Assembly: GCA_022827885.1 (NCBI GenBank)
Contig: JAJEIP010000008.1
Span: 768-64,767 of the forward strand
Direction: 5' to 3'
Source: Candidatus Poribacteria bacterium
GTDB taxonomy: Bacteria; Poribacteria; WGA-4E; WGA-3G
Length of the DNA stretch: 64,000 bases
The notes beneath the pieces are model-generated. The model saw nothing but the letters and a program-made list of their open reading frames with translations, ran no database searches and was not told the DNA's origin. This document shows, piece after piece, positions 1 through 8,399 of this stretch; the first letter of the stretch is position 1, and every line of letters starts with the position of its first letter. Made by a program: the position numbers and the translations under genes.

Positions 1-1
1 T

Positions 2-226
2 AGTACCGAGATAGCCACCTATATCGCGAGCGGGGAAACATCGGATAAAGCGGGCGCGTATGGCATCCAAGGACGAGGCGCGGCATTCGTTCGACGCATT
101 GAGGGATGCTATTTTAATGTCGTTGGGCTTCCATTGGCAAGTTTCGTTGAACGCCTATCAAACTTTTCCAAGTCTACTGAAAGTTCTGATATCAAAACCG
201 TAGCCCGTAATGAAATTATGCCTTAA
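2..226 (+). CDS. maf: Maf-like nucleotide pyrophosphatase, C-terminal fragment (5' end outside window)
   Basis: Frame-2 translation ...[36 protein letters not shown]... matches the conserved Maf C-terminal motif. The stop TAA at 224-226 lies in the loop of a repeat hairpin. Confidence 0.75.
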   Translation, partial: STEIATYIASGETSDKAGAYGIQGRGAAFVRRIEGCYFNVVGLPLASFVERLSNFSKSTESSDIKTVARNEIMP

Positions 227-327
227 ATGGCATAATTTGTCTGTGCTTTACATTTGGAGAGCGACTCGTGATCAAAAACTTTCAAGGTTCTTATCACGAT
301 ACTTATCCGCAAGGTAAAATTAAAAAA
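198..327 (+). repeat. Long-form leader cassette copy 1 (GTAG + hairpin + TTTACATTTGGAGAGC + spacer + CCGCAAGGTAAAATTAAAAAA)
   Basis: Left module 198-263 with a perfect hairpin 213-222/229-238 (AAATTATGCC/GGCATAATTT). Right module 307-327. Confidence 0.8.
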
Positions 328-972
328 CCTACCGAGGGCTACACTGAAATTGTAACACCCGGCGAAATGGGCATCACCAAACTCCATTTCGGAATTCTGA
401 ATCTCACCCCCGAAGCCACCTTTTTTGACCATTCTGATGATACTGAGGTCGCCTTGATTGCGTTAGGTGGGCATTGCACCTTGCTGGTCGGACATAACGG
501 GAACAAAGCAAACGGGATTTTAGGCGAGCGTCCAGACGTTTTTCATGGGGAGGTGTGTGTGGCACATATTCCACATCACACCACTTATGAGGTGCTCGCA
601 GGCGAAGCGGGAATAGAAGTCGCAGTTTGCAAAGTCTCATCATACGCCGAATCCGCTGCACTTATTTTAGAGGCTGGCGAAACAGCCGATGAAGGGGAGA
701 CGCACCTCAGAATATGGGAAAATACCCTATCGGGGTCGGCGGATGTAAATGCCAGGGGCATGCACATGATGCATAGAGGTAAGGAGGCAATCTGTCTGCA
801 CAGGTTCCGAGATATGGATGGCGTTGCTACTCTGGATGTCACGCGCACCGTAGAGACGGTACGCGTGCGATTGCATCACAACGATATATTGGCGATCCCA
901 GAACAGGATAACATTGTATCATTGACTTCCGAAGGTGTTGGTTACCAGTTATGGGTACAGCCAGATTTCTAA
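268..972 (+). CDS. Cupin-fold protein (IolB/KduI-like), function uncertain
   Basis: 234-aa ORF with a GTG start. It has a beta-rich, cupin-like pattern (GERPDVFHGEVCVAHIPHHTTYEV; two cupin-like halves). The N-terminal codons overlap the repeat cassette, so the start is uncertain. Confidence 0.4.
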   Translation: MIKNFQGSYHDTYPQGKIKKPTEGYTEIVTPGEMGITKLHFGILNLTPEATFFDHSDDTEVALIALGGHCTLLVGHNGNKANGILGERPDVFHGEVCVAHIPHHTTYEVLAGEAGIEVAVCKVSSYAESAALILEAGETADEGETHLRIWENTLSGSADVNARGMHMMHRGKEAICLHRFRDMDGVATLDVTRTVETVRVRLHHNDILAIPEQDNIVSLTSEGVGYQLWVQPDF

Positions 973-1075
973 CTGTGGGCGGGGAAACACCCAAGCAAAA
1001 ATACCGTGATTTCTTTCGGACAAGGGATTTCCATATCTATAGAGAAACGATGCCCACGTTCTGATAGGGGAAAAA

Positions 1076-1378
1076 CTATTCGCCTTCGATGAGTTCGCCA
1101 CCTTTTTTCAGAAAAGCGACAGCACTCCGTGAAATTTGAACCTTTACCTCTTGGCTATTCATTTCTCCAACGCTGATGAGAATGATGTTCTTGTCGTTGC
1201 TAAGTCCAAGAATTTTGCCGTGCAATCCGCCATTCGTTACGATTTCATCGCCTTTGGTCAGATTCTCGAGCATGTTCTGATGTTTTTTGCGTTTGGCTTG
1301 TTCCGGACGCCACAACAAAAAATACATAATAGCACCCATCGCGATGAACGGGACAAGCAAACCTGTTATTTGATCCAT
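1076..1378 (-). CDS. yajC: Preprotein translocase subunit YajC
   Basis: 100 aa with an N-terminal TM segment followed by RPEQAKRKKHQNMLENLTKGDEIVTNGGLHGKI, the typical YajC signature. Confidence 0.85.
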   Translation of the reverse strand: MDQITGLLVPFIAMGAIMYFLLWRPEQAKRKKHQNMLENLTKGDEIVTNGGLHGKILGLSNDKNIILISVGEMNSQEVKVQISRSAVAFLKKGGELIEGE

Positions 1379-1399
1379 GAAGTCTCTCCTTCTGTTTTT

Positions 1400-2428
1400 T
1401 TAAAGAATTAGCATGGCATCGCCATAACTGTAAAAACGGTATTTATGTTGGAGTGCCTCTTGGTAAGCCTGCTGGATCAAGTCCTTCCCAGCAAAGGCAC
1501 TCACGAGCATAAGTAAAGTAGATTTGGGTAGATGGAAGTTGGTGACCAACGCATCTACTGCATTGAATCGATGTCCGGGATAGATAAAAAGTTCACTGTA
1601 ACCCCTATACGGATGAACGGTGCCTGTCATGCTTGCAGTTTCTAAGGAACGAACGACTGTGGTACCGATAGCAACGATTTTCCTGCCTGCCTCCCGCGCT
1701 GTGCGAATCCGGTTTACTTCTGTTTCGGCGAGGTGGATGTATTCGGCATGCATCTTATGGGTTTGAATATTTTCCACTTTCACGGGTTGGAACGTCCCAG
1801 GTCCAACATGCAGGGTTAGCATCGCGATTTCTATCCCATTATTTTTCAATCCCTCCAACAATTCTTGTGTAAAGTGCAGGCCTGCTGTAGGTGCTGCGAT
1901 CGCGCCTTCAGTGGCGGCATAGACAGACTGATAACGCACCTTATCTTTAGCGTTCGGTAGACGCTGAATGTAAGGCGGCAAAGGCATCATACCGATATCC
2001 CCAAGGATGGCTGAAAACTCACCGTCATAGCTGAAACGGACGATACAGTGTCCGTCATCCGGTTTCGCGAGAACCTCTGCCGTTAGGGTCCTGTTGCCGA
2101 AGACAACCTGTGTCCCGATTCGAAGACTTCGCCGCGGCTTGGCGAGTACCTCATAAATGTCCGGCTCTTTTTCGCGGATGAGAAGGAGTTCTATCTTTCC
2201 GCCAGTTCCGCTTTTTCTACCGATTAACCGTGCCGGAATAACCTTCGTGTCGTTTAGGACTAACAACGCATCGTTGGGTAAGTATTCCCCAATCTGTGAA
2301 AACCGCGTATGGTGAAAAGCACACGCTTCACGGTCAACTACCAAGAGTCGTGACCCATCACGCTGTTGAAGTGGACTTTGCGCGATCCGATCAGGCGGTA
2401 GATGGTAGTCGAAATCTGTGAGTTTCAT
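1400..2428 (-). CDS. queA: S-adenosylmethionine:tRNA ribosyltransferase-isomerase
   Basis: 342 aa. N-terminus MKLTDFDYHLPPDRIAQSP...RDGSRLLVV and the C-terminal FYSYGDAMLI are hallmark QueA motifs. Confidence 0.9.
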   Translation of the reverse strand: MKLTDFDYHLPPDRIAQSPLQQRDGSRLLVVDREACAFHHTRFSQIGEYLPNDALLVLNDTKVIPARLIGRKSGTGGKIELLLIREKEPDIYEVLAKPRRSLRIGTQVVFGNRTLTAEVLAKPDDGHCIVRFSYDGEFSAILGDIGMMPLPPYIQRLPNAKDKVRYQSVYAATEGAIAAPTAGLHFTQELLEGLKNNGIEIAMLTLHVGPGTFQPVKVENIQTHKMHAEYIHLAETEVNRIRTAREAGRKIVAIGTTVVRSLETASMTGTVHPYRGYSELFIYPGHRFNAVDALVTNFHLPKSTLLMLVSAFAGKDLIQQAYQEALQHKYRFYSYGDAMLIL

Positions 2429-2449
2429 ATTACGGTTGTCAGTAGACGC

Positions 2450-3475
2450 TTAGTAAAACAGTGAGGGTTGGGACGCTACGGGATAGTTAAAATACGCATG
2501 GGCGGCATCGGTTGCGATACGTCCGCCCGGTGTTAGCATCAAAAATCCCTCTTTAATGTAGTAAGGTTCGTAAACCTCTGAGATGGTGCGTTCGTCCTCA
2601 CTCAGGGCGACAGCGAGTGCCTTCAGCCCCGCACGTCCATTGAATTTTTCAATGAGCGTTTGAAAATAGGCATAGTCTTGTCTGTTTAATCCGCGTTCAT
2701 CAATGTCAAAGAATTTGAGTGCCTCTTCCACAACCTCAAGCGAGAGAGAGCCGTCTGCTTCGACTTGGGCGTAGTCCCTAACGTTAGCGAGCAGTTTGTT
2801 TGCGATGCGCATCGTACCGCGCGAGCGGCACGCTAATGTGTATTCTGCATCTTCGTCGATATTAATGTTAAGTTTTGCGCTGTTAATGCGAATCGCCTGC
2901 TGGATGTCTTTTGCTTCGTAGTAATCGAGATGGATACGGATGCCGAACCTGTCGCGGAAAGGACCGGAAAGCAAGCCTTCACGGGTTGTCGCACCAACGA
3001 GTGTGAAGTGCTTAAGAGACATTTGCACGACATCCGATGCGGGCCCCTGACCAATGGCTAAGTCCAACTGATAATCCTCCATCGCAGGGTAGAGCAATTC
3101 CTGAACGTATCCTTTCATCCGGTGGATTTCATCAATAAATAGAATATCCCCATGCTCAAGGTTCATCAAGGTTGAGGCGAGATCAAGTTTCTCCATGACG
3201 GGACCGATCGCCTGTTTATAGGTGCTCTGTATTTCATTGGCGATGATCCGTGCAAGCGTGGTCTTCCCAAGCCCCGGTGGACCCACAAGCAACACGTGCT
3301 CAAGGGCGTCCCCACGCTTTTTGGCGGCTTCGATATGGATACGGAGCTGCTGTTTCACTTTTTCCTGTCCGATAAATTCGCTGAGCGTTTCCGGACGGAG
3401 GCTATATCCGAAATCGTCGTCTTCTTCCGCCAAATCTTGCATCCGATCGAAATCTGGTATTTCGTGGTTATCCAT
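2450..3475 (-). CDS. ruvB: Holliday junction branch migration helicase RuvB
   Basis: 341 aa with LRPETLSEFIGQEKVK, Walker A GPPGLGKTTLA and FIDEIHR. Confidence 0.95.
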   Translation of the reverse strand: MDNHEIPDFDRMQDLAEEDDDFGYSLRPETLSEFIGQEKVKQQLRIHIEAAKKRGDALEHVLLVGPPGLGKTTLARIIANEIQSTYKQAIGPVMEKLDLASTLMNLEHGDILFIDEIHRMKGYVQELLYPAMEDYQLDLAIGQGPASDVVQMSLKHFTLVGATTREGLLSGPFRDRFGIRIHLDYYEAKDIQQAIRINSAKLNINIDEDAEYTLACRSRGTMRIANKLLANVRDYAQVEADGSLSLEVVEEALKFFDIDERGLNRQDYAYFQTLIEKFNGRAGLKALAVALSEDERTISEVYEPYYIKEGFLMLTPGGRIATDAAHAYFNYPVASQPSLFY

Positions 3476-3525
3476 TTTTGGGTCCTAACAGGGATAGTTA
3501 TCAGAAAAAGTCTGAACGCTGTGGT

Positions 3526-4128
3526 TTAATTTCGGATATATCGGAGTGCTTGCGCGATGAGATTTTCCCGTTGCGCAGACTCACCGAGAATTTGTTGTGC
3601 CTTATCGACGGCTTGTTCTGCTTCAAGTTCCGATGCACCGAGGGTATTGACGAGGATTTGGATTGCCTCTGCGACGGACGCACCGGTTGGTTTTCCGAGA
3701 TCGACATCACCTTCGAGTTTCAATTTCATAATGTTCTTTTTAAGTTTGGTGATGATGACTTGGGCGAGATCTTTGCCTAAACGTGGGACCCGCATGAGGG
3801 TGGTTGCATCTCCGCGATGGACAGCGCGTTGGAATTGTGAGGGGGACAGCCGCGCGACGATGTTTTGTGCGAGGGCAGGTCCTACACCCGAAACCGTCAG
3901 CGCCAATTCAAAAACTTTGCGTCCGTCCTTTGAGGTGAACCCGTAGAGCGTAATTTTGTTGTCGCGGTTTTGATGGTAGTATGTATAAAGGGTAACGGTA
4001 TCGCCTATCGGGGGTAAATCCGTTACAGTTCTCGGGGACACGTCGATCATATATCCAATGCCGTTTACATCTACAATAATCTGTGTTGTTTCCTTATCTG
4101 CGAGAACCCCTTTGATATAAGAAATCAT
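3526..4128 (-). CDS. ruvA: Holliday junction DNA-binding protein RuvA
   Basis: MISYIKGVL... is the typical RuvA N-terminus. The ORF track extends to 4173, but ATG 4128 is preceded by CCGGCAAGGAAAATGTAAAA (SD AAGGA 10 nt upstream). Confidence 0.85.
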   Translation of the reverse strand: MISYIKGVLADKETTQIIVDVNGIGYMIDVSPRTVTDLPPIGDTVTLYTYYHQNRDNKITLYGFTSKDGRKVFELALTVSGVGPALAQNIVARLSPSQFQRAVHRGDATTLMRVPRLGKDLAQVIITKLKKNIMKLKLEGDVDLGKPTGASVAEAIQILVNTLGASELEAEQAVDKAQQILGESAQRENLIAQALRYIRN

Positions 4129-4173
4129 TTTTACATTTTCCTTGCCGGTTTTTCTTTGGGTAAACGTCATCAA

Positions 4174-4713
4174 TTACGACTGCATGTATTTGTCACGGCG
4201 TTGAAGGACTTTATAGGAACGGGCATGGCAGAGTGCGAGTGCGAGCGCATCTGCTGCGTGATCAGGACGTGGCGGTTCCTTGAGTTTTAGCAGGGCTTGT
4301 GTCATCTTCTCCATCTGGGATTTTGTGGCTTTTCCGTAACCTACAACTGCCTGTTTAACTTGGGTAGGTGTATATACAGTAACGGAGCAGTCCGCATTCG
4401 CGGCTGCGAGTTTCACGATCCCTTTAACTTCACCTACAACGAACGCACTGCTTATATTTTTACTGAAAAAAATATCCTCAAGCACGATACTCTCGATAGC
4501 GAATTTGGTAATCAGATGGGTTACGGTATCGTAGATGTGTTTCAACCGCAACTCCGACGCTGTTTTTGGGCTGGTTCTTATATTTCCGTAACCCCGTGAA
4601 ACGAGACGGTTCGCGTGCGCTTCAACTACGCCGTATCCGGTATTCGCAATGCCCGGATCAATGCCAAGAATTTTTTTAATTTTCCTTGCGGTTCGATGAG
4701 GTGGGTTTTGCAT
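4174..4713 (-). CDS. ruvC: Crossover junction endodeoxyribonuclease RuvC (start uncertain)
   Basis: ILGIDPGIANTGYGVV... is the RuvC signature. The first 14 codons of the ORF (MQNPPHRTARKIKK) are a translated repeat cassette. The likely true start is ATT at 4671, 11 nt after AAGGA. Confidence 0.85.
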   Translation of the reverse strand: MQNPPHRTARKIKKILGIDPGIANTGYGVVEAHANRLVSRGYGNIRTSPKTASELRLKHIYDTVTHLITKFAIESIVLEDIFFSKNISSAFVVGEVKGIVKLAAANADCSVTVYTPTQVKQAVVGYGKATKSQMEKMTQALLKLKEPPRPDHAADALALALCHARSYKVLQRRDKYMQS

Positions 4714-4775
4714 TTGATATTCCTTCCCGTAGACCCGTCCTCCACTACGTTACGGACTATGTTTTGATGCTATGA
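4671..4775 (-). repeat. Short-form leader cassette upstream of / overlapping the ruvC start
   Basis: The minus strand reads CCGTAACGTAGTGGAGGACGGGTCTACGGGAAGGAATATCAAATGCAAAACCCACCTCATCGAACCGCAAGGAAAATTAAAAAAA. Confidence 0.7.
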
Positions 4776-4780
4776 AAGAT

Positions 4781-4820
4781 TTTTAATTTTCCTTGCGGTT
4801 TGGTGAGGTGGGTTTTGCAT
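4781..4820 (-). repeat. Extra copy of the cassette 3' module (ATGCAAAACCCACCTCACCAAACCGCAAGGAAAATTAAAAA)
   Basis: Differs at about 3 positions from 4674-4713. It lies 3 nt after the yebC stop. Confidence 0.75.
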
Positions 4821-4823
4821 GAG

Positions 4824-5570
4824 TTAAGCTGCAGCTTCTAAAAGGTTATCGGGAATATCGAAATTGGCGTAGACTTTCTGGACATCATCGAGTTCGTCGA
4901 GAGCGTCCATGAGGCGTAGCATCCGTTCCGCCTCTTTCCCTTCAAGTTTCACGGTGTTTTGCGGAATCATGCTGATTTCAGCGAGTTGAATTTCAGCGGA
5001 TGTTTCTTGAACTGCCGTTAAAACGCTATCGAACGTCTCAAAGGGTGTGACAATTTCCATACCTGTTTCGGAGGCGGTTACATCTTCAGCACCGGCTTCA
5101 ACTGCGATGAGGAACAGTTCTTCTTCATCAATACTATCAGGCGCAACAACGATCAATCCGCATTTATCAAAACCCCATGCGACACATCCCCGCTCTCCGA
5201 TTCTGCCTTCGTGTTTGCTGAAAGCGTGTCGAATGTCTGCGACCGCTCGGTTGCGGTTGTCGGTCAGCACTTCTATCATGAGTGCGACACCCCCGGGTCC
5301 GTAGCCCTCATAAAGAATTTCCTCGTAGGTTTCACCCTCAAGTTCACCCGTGCCTCGAAGGACGGCTTTCTCAATGTTATCGTTAGGGACGTTGCTTGAT
5401 TTTGCTGCGGCAATTGCAGTGCGGAGGCGTGGGTTCATGTCTACATCCCTGCCCCCAGCGCGCGCTGCTGCAGTAATCTCTTTCACCAACTTTGAGAAGA
5501 GTTTACCGCGTCTGGAATCGTTTGCTGCTTTTTTATGTTTGATTGTTGACCATTTGGAGTGTCCTGACAT
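4824..5570 (-). CDS. yebC: YebC/PmpR family DNA-binding regulator
   Basis: MSGHSKWSTIKHKKAANDSRRGKLFSKL is a near-invariant YebC N-terminus; 248 aa. Confidence 0.9.
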   Translation of the reverse strand: MSGHSKWSTIKHKKAANDSRRGKLFSKLVKEITAAARAGGRDVDMNPRLRTAIAAAKSSNVPNDNIEKAVLRGTGELEGETYEEILYEGYGPGGVALMIEVLTDNRNRAVADIRHAFSKHEGRIGERGCVAWGFDKCGLIVVAPDSIDEEELFLIAVEAGAEDVTASETGMEIVTPFETFDSVLTAVQETSAEIQLAEISMIPQNTVKLEGKEAERMLRLMDALDELDDVQKVYANFDIPDNLLEAAA

Positions 5571-5769
5571 GGTGTGTATCCTTTCTGATTTATTTAATTA
5601 ATATAGCATAAGATGGAAAAAGATAAAATTAAAATCTACGCTGTGTGTGTGACGTTACGATTTCCTTTCAGGGATTTAACCCCTTGCGAATCATTAAAAA
5701 ATTGGACAAAACTCGAAATCTGTGCTAAACTTGTTACATCCTTCATTTTAGGAGTCTGTATAGGTTGCT

Positions 5770-6552
5770 ATGTTACCTTTTATTTTAAAAATCGCGGACC
5801 AACCGATAGAGCGCTTGCAGCACATTAATGATGAAAACCAGCCCATTGATGTTGATGTGCAGATGGAGCTTTACTCGCGGGACATTGACCGTGCCGATAG
5901 GGAGCGGACGGCGCACCCTCGGCGGTTAAGCCAGTTAATCTTGGACGAAGCCACTGAGAACGCTTATGCCGAATTTACCGGGTTCCTCCGAGATAGTGCG
6001 GAACCGGCGGCTTTTCTGCCGTTTGAACGCCTCTCTCAACATCCGTGTCGGCAATATGCCTTGATTCTTTCTGCGTCCTCTTCTCACGAACTCTTTGAAA
6101 TCTGCCAGATGCAATCCGATACAAGTTCTTCTATCCTGCACTATGGCGGCTATGAGATAGCAATCAAACCGCGCAGATACATTTTGGATACCGCTGCGTA
6201 TTTGGTGGCACCGGATAAATATACGCTTTTTATACGACAGGTGCGGGAAGACGACACAATTCGGGTCTATCGTAGCGATTTTATCAATCTCACTCGAAAT
6301 TCACCACCTCCGTTCAAACTGGATGCCCGCGATATAATTGAGAATGTTCAATTGGAACTCGTGGGAGAACAGGGGCAGGCTTTGCCGATAGAGCAATTGC
6401 TCATGTTTCCACCGAGTTCCGAAGAGGCGAACTCCCTTCGCCCTATAAAGTGTCCAGAGTGTGGAGGGCGTGTGCGCCAACTCGGCAGAGAAGGCGTTTT
6501 CTGTCTTGAGTGTGATTGGGATAACCTACCCCCCCTGAAATATCCACGATAA
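5770..6552 (+). CDS. Hypothetical protein with C-terminal zinc-ribbon
   Basis: 260-aa ORF. The only recognisable motif is CPECGG...CLEC (a 4-Cys ribbon) at the C-terminus. Confidence 0.4.
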   Translation: MLPFILKIADQPIERLQHINDENQPIDVDVQMELYSRDIDRADRERTAHPRRLSQLILDEATENAYAEFTGFLRDSAEPAAFLPFERLSQHPCRQYALILSASSSHELFEICQMQSDTSSSILHYGGYEIAIKPRRYILDTAAYLVAPDKYTLFIRQVREDDTIRVYRSDFINLTRNSPPPFKLDARDIIENVQLELVGEQGQALPIEQLLMFPPSSEEANSLRPIKCPECGGRVRQLGREGVFCLECDWDNLPPLKYPR

Positions 6553-6653
6553 TGGGACATTGGCGCATCGACTCACATTTGTTGGATTTATCGAGGATAG
6601 CGTGGGCATGCCTTCCCAGTCCCTTCAGCAGTAAAGATCGAGGTTCTTGTCTT

Positions 6654-7271
6654 CTAACTTTGGCCCCCAAGGTTCGCCATATATAAAATGAATACCGTGT
6701 TGCCAACAGCGAGCACTGCGCCGACGACGGTTTGGAGAAGTGTGTGTCGTTTTCGGTAAACCCGCGCCCAAGCAATCAGCGGGGTCAACAGAAATAGCCA
6801 GCCGAATTGTGGATTCACGAGCATGACGAGGACGGTCACACATCCCGTGGCGACACTGCTGTGAAAGCTGATTTTCCACATCGGGGTAATTGCGGAAAAA
6901 ATAAGACTATTTACAATGTAAGCAATGCCTGCCCAGACGATTTCCCGTGCCGCACCCAGCTGATGTAGTAGAACAGTCCCGACAACCATACTGATGACTG
7001 TACAGCATAAAGGCAGAAGCCGCTCTTCCCGGTTATGCAAGTGCAGATCGCTGACTTTAGCATACCGCGCCATCACCGCGATTGATAATACCGGTAGCAC
7101 GGTAACAAATAAGACAACAATTGCCAACCAGCGGAGTGCGTTTTGGGGATCCGCGTGTTTTTGGATAACACCCACAGCGGTTGCGATTGGAACCAAAAAT
7201 GGACTGAAGAGAACAGAAGTGCCCCACGCGATGCGCGCCGGCATTGTCGATAAATCGCTACGCTCCATCAA
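6654..7271 (-). CDS. PAP2-superfamily-like integral membrane protein
   Basis: 205 aa with about 6 TM segments. KISFHSS and ARVYRKRHTLLQ resemble degenerate PAP2 motifs (PSGH; SRxxxxxHxxxD). The start abuts the stop of the upstream peroxiredoxin gene. Confidence 0.4.
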   Translation of the reverse strand: MMERSDLSTMPARIAWGTSVLFSPFLVPIATAVGVIQKHADPQNALRWLAIVVLFVTVLPVLSIAVMARYAKVSDLHLHNREERLLPLCCTVISMVVGTVLLHQLGAAREIVWAGIAYIVNSLIFSAITPMWKISFHSSVATGCVTVLVMLVNPQFGWLFLLTPLIAWARVYRKRHTLLQTVVGAVLAVGNTVFILYMANLGGQS

Positions 7272-8282
7272 TTAATTTGACGTTTCCAAATTTTTGAAGA
7301 AATCAATTAAATCCGCACCGTGTGTGCTTGCGTTGACCTCTTTATCAATTTCAAGAATCTTCCCTGTTTTATCAATGATAACAGCTAACCGTTGAATCTT
7401 TCCATCTGGAGCATTCGTCGCGCCAAAGAGGAGTGCGAGGTTCCGTCCGGTGTCTACCAAGAGCGGGAAATTCAACTGATTTTCTTCCGAAAATTTCTGG
7501 TGCGAAGCCGCATCATTCGACGTAATCCCAAAAATCTGTGCATCATATTTCTCAAAACGACTCGACTCATCACGGAGTGAGCAAACTTGAGCCGTTCAGC
7601 CACGCCCAAAATCGCGTGGATAGAAGGCTAACACGACATTCTTTTCCTGATGCAATTCACTGAGTTGGTGCGTTTTACCGGTCCCATCGGTTGCAATAAA
7701 ATCTGGGGCGGGTTGCCCAACCGCTATCCTTGGTAAGACGTCCTGAAGCAGTGCTGCGACATCTTCACCGTGCGTTTTGACATTGACATCTGTATCAATG
7801 GCACGGATGTATCCAGCTTTATCAATGATGAAAGTTACCCGTTTTGAGGCATTGAAACTTTCAATGATACCACTATACTGGTGGCTCACCTCAAATTCGG
7901 TATCGGCTAAGAGTGAAAATCCGAATTTCTGTTCTGCCCGAAACCGCTTGTGCGATTCGACGGAATCAACACTGACCCCGAAAAGGACACTTCCAGTGGC
8001 TTCTATCTCGCTCAAATTATCCCGGAGCGAGCAAAGTTCAGTCGTTCAGCCACCTGTAAAATCTTTTGGATAGAAAGCGAGAACGACATTCTTCTTCCCT
8101 AAATAATCGCTGAGACTCCGCTCAACGCCTTCTTCATCTTTCAATGTGAAATCGGGGGCAACCATGCCTACTTTTAGTGTGTTTGGCGTTGTCACTGCTT
8201 CCTCCCCTGAAGCTGCTGAAATTAAAATCGCTGTTATGAGGATAACAGCCCAGACGCTTGCATTCAATCGCGTTTGAAACAT
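7272..8282 (-). CDS. Secreted tandem BCP/PrxQ-type peroxiredoxin with two in-frame TGA (probable selenocysteine) codons
   Basis: ORF-track pieces 8046..8282, 7596..8015 and 7272..7475 share one frame and are separated only by TGA at 8046-8048 and 7596-7598. The TGAs replace the peroxidatic Cys: FYPKDFTGG[TGA]TTELCSLRD and FYPRDFGRG[TGA]TAQVCSLRD. Each TGA is followed by a hairpin 14 nt downstream. Confidence 0.75.
7561..7581 (-). promoter_or_regulatory. Candidate bacterial SECIS hairpin 2
   Basis: Stem CUCACUC/GAGU(c)GAG (7 bp, one bulge) with loop CGUGAU. The stem starts 14 nt after UGA 7598-7596, the same geometry as hairpin 1. Confidence 0.6.
8007..8031 (-). promoter_or_regulatory. Candidate bacterial SECIS hairpin 1
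   Basis: Stem CUCGCUC/GAGCGAG (7 bp) with loop CGGGAUAAUUU. The stem starts 14 nt after UGA 8048-8046. Confidence 0.6.
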
Positions 8283-8399
8283 CGCGTTATGCCTCCGGTA
8301 AATACGTTAGTTAATGGAATTATACGCTATTTGGCTATAGATGTCAAGTAAATTTGCGTTTAGCATGCCCCTGATGTGGGCTTCGGTAACGGCGTGATT

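Noticed and set aside
229-243. TGGCAT-N5-GTCT inside the cassette hairpin as a sigma54 (-24/-12) promoter.
   Set aside because: The GG-to-GC spacing does not fit TGGCAC-N5-TTGC: TTG is displaced by 2 nt and no GC dinucleotide sits at -12. The same bases are fully explained as the right arm of the 10-bp hairpin.
303-330. A shared PQGKIKK peptide in four ORFs (268.., 16972.., 20570..21850, 4174..4713) as a genuine conserved N-terminal protein motif or signal.
   Set aside because: The identity is at the nucleotide level and extends into non-coding copies and antisense contexts (22754-22773, 47534-47574, 58811-58830). Removing it restores the canonical RuvC, CoaBC and DUF3311-like N-termini. In ruvC the motif is read in a different frame. 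It is treated as a DNA repeat, not a protein domain. The cupin gene at 268 may be an exception, since no alternative start follows the motif there.
5613-5828. 71-aa ORF in the yebC / 5770-gene divergent spacer.
   Set aside because: It has no SD and an AT-rich promoter-like context. It overlaps the start of the longer 5770..6552 ORF in another frame, and there is no motif support.
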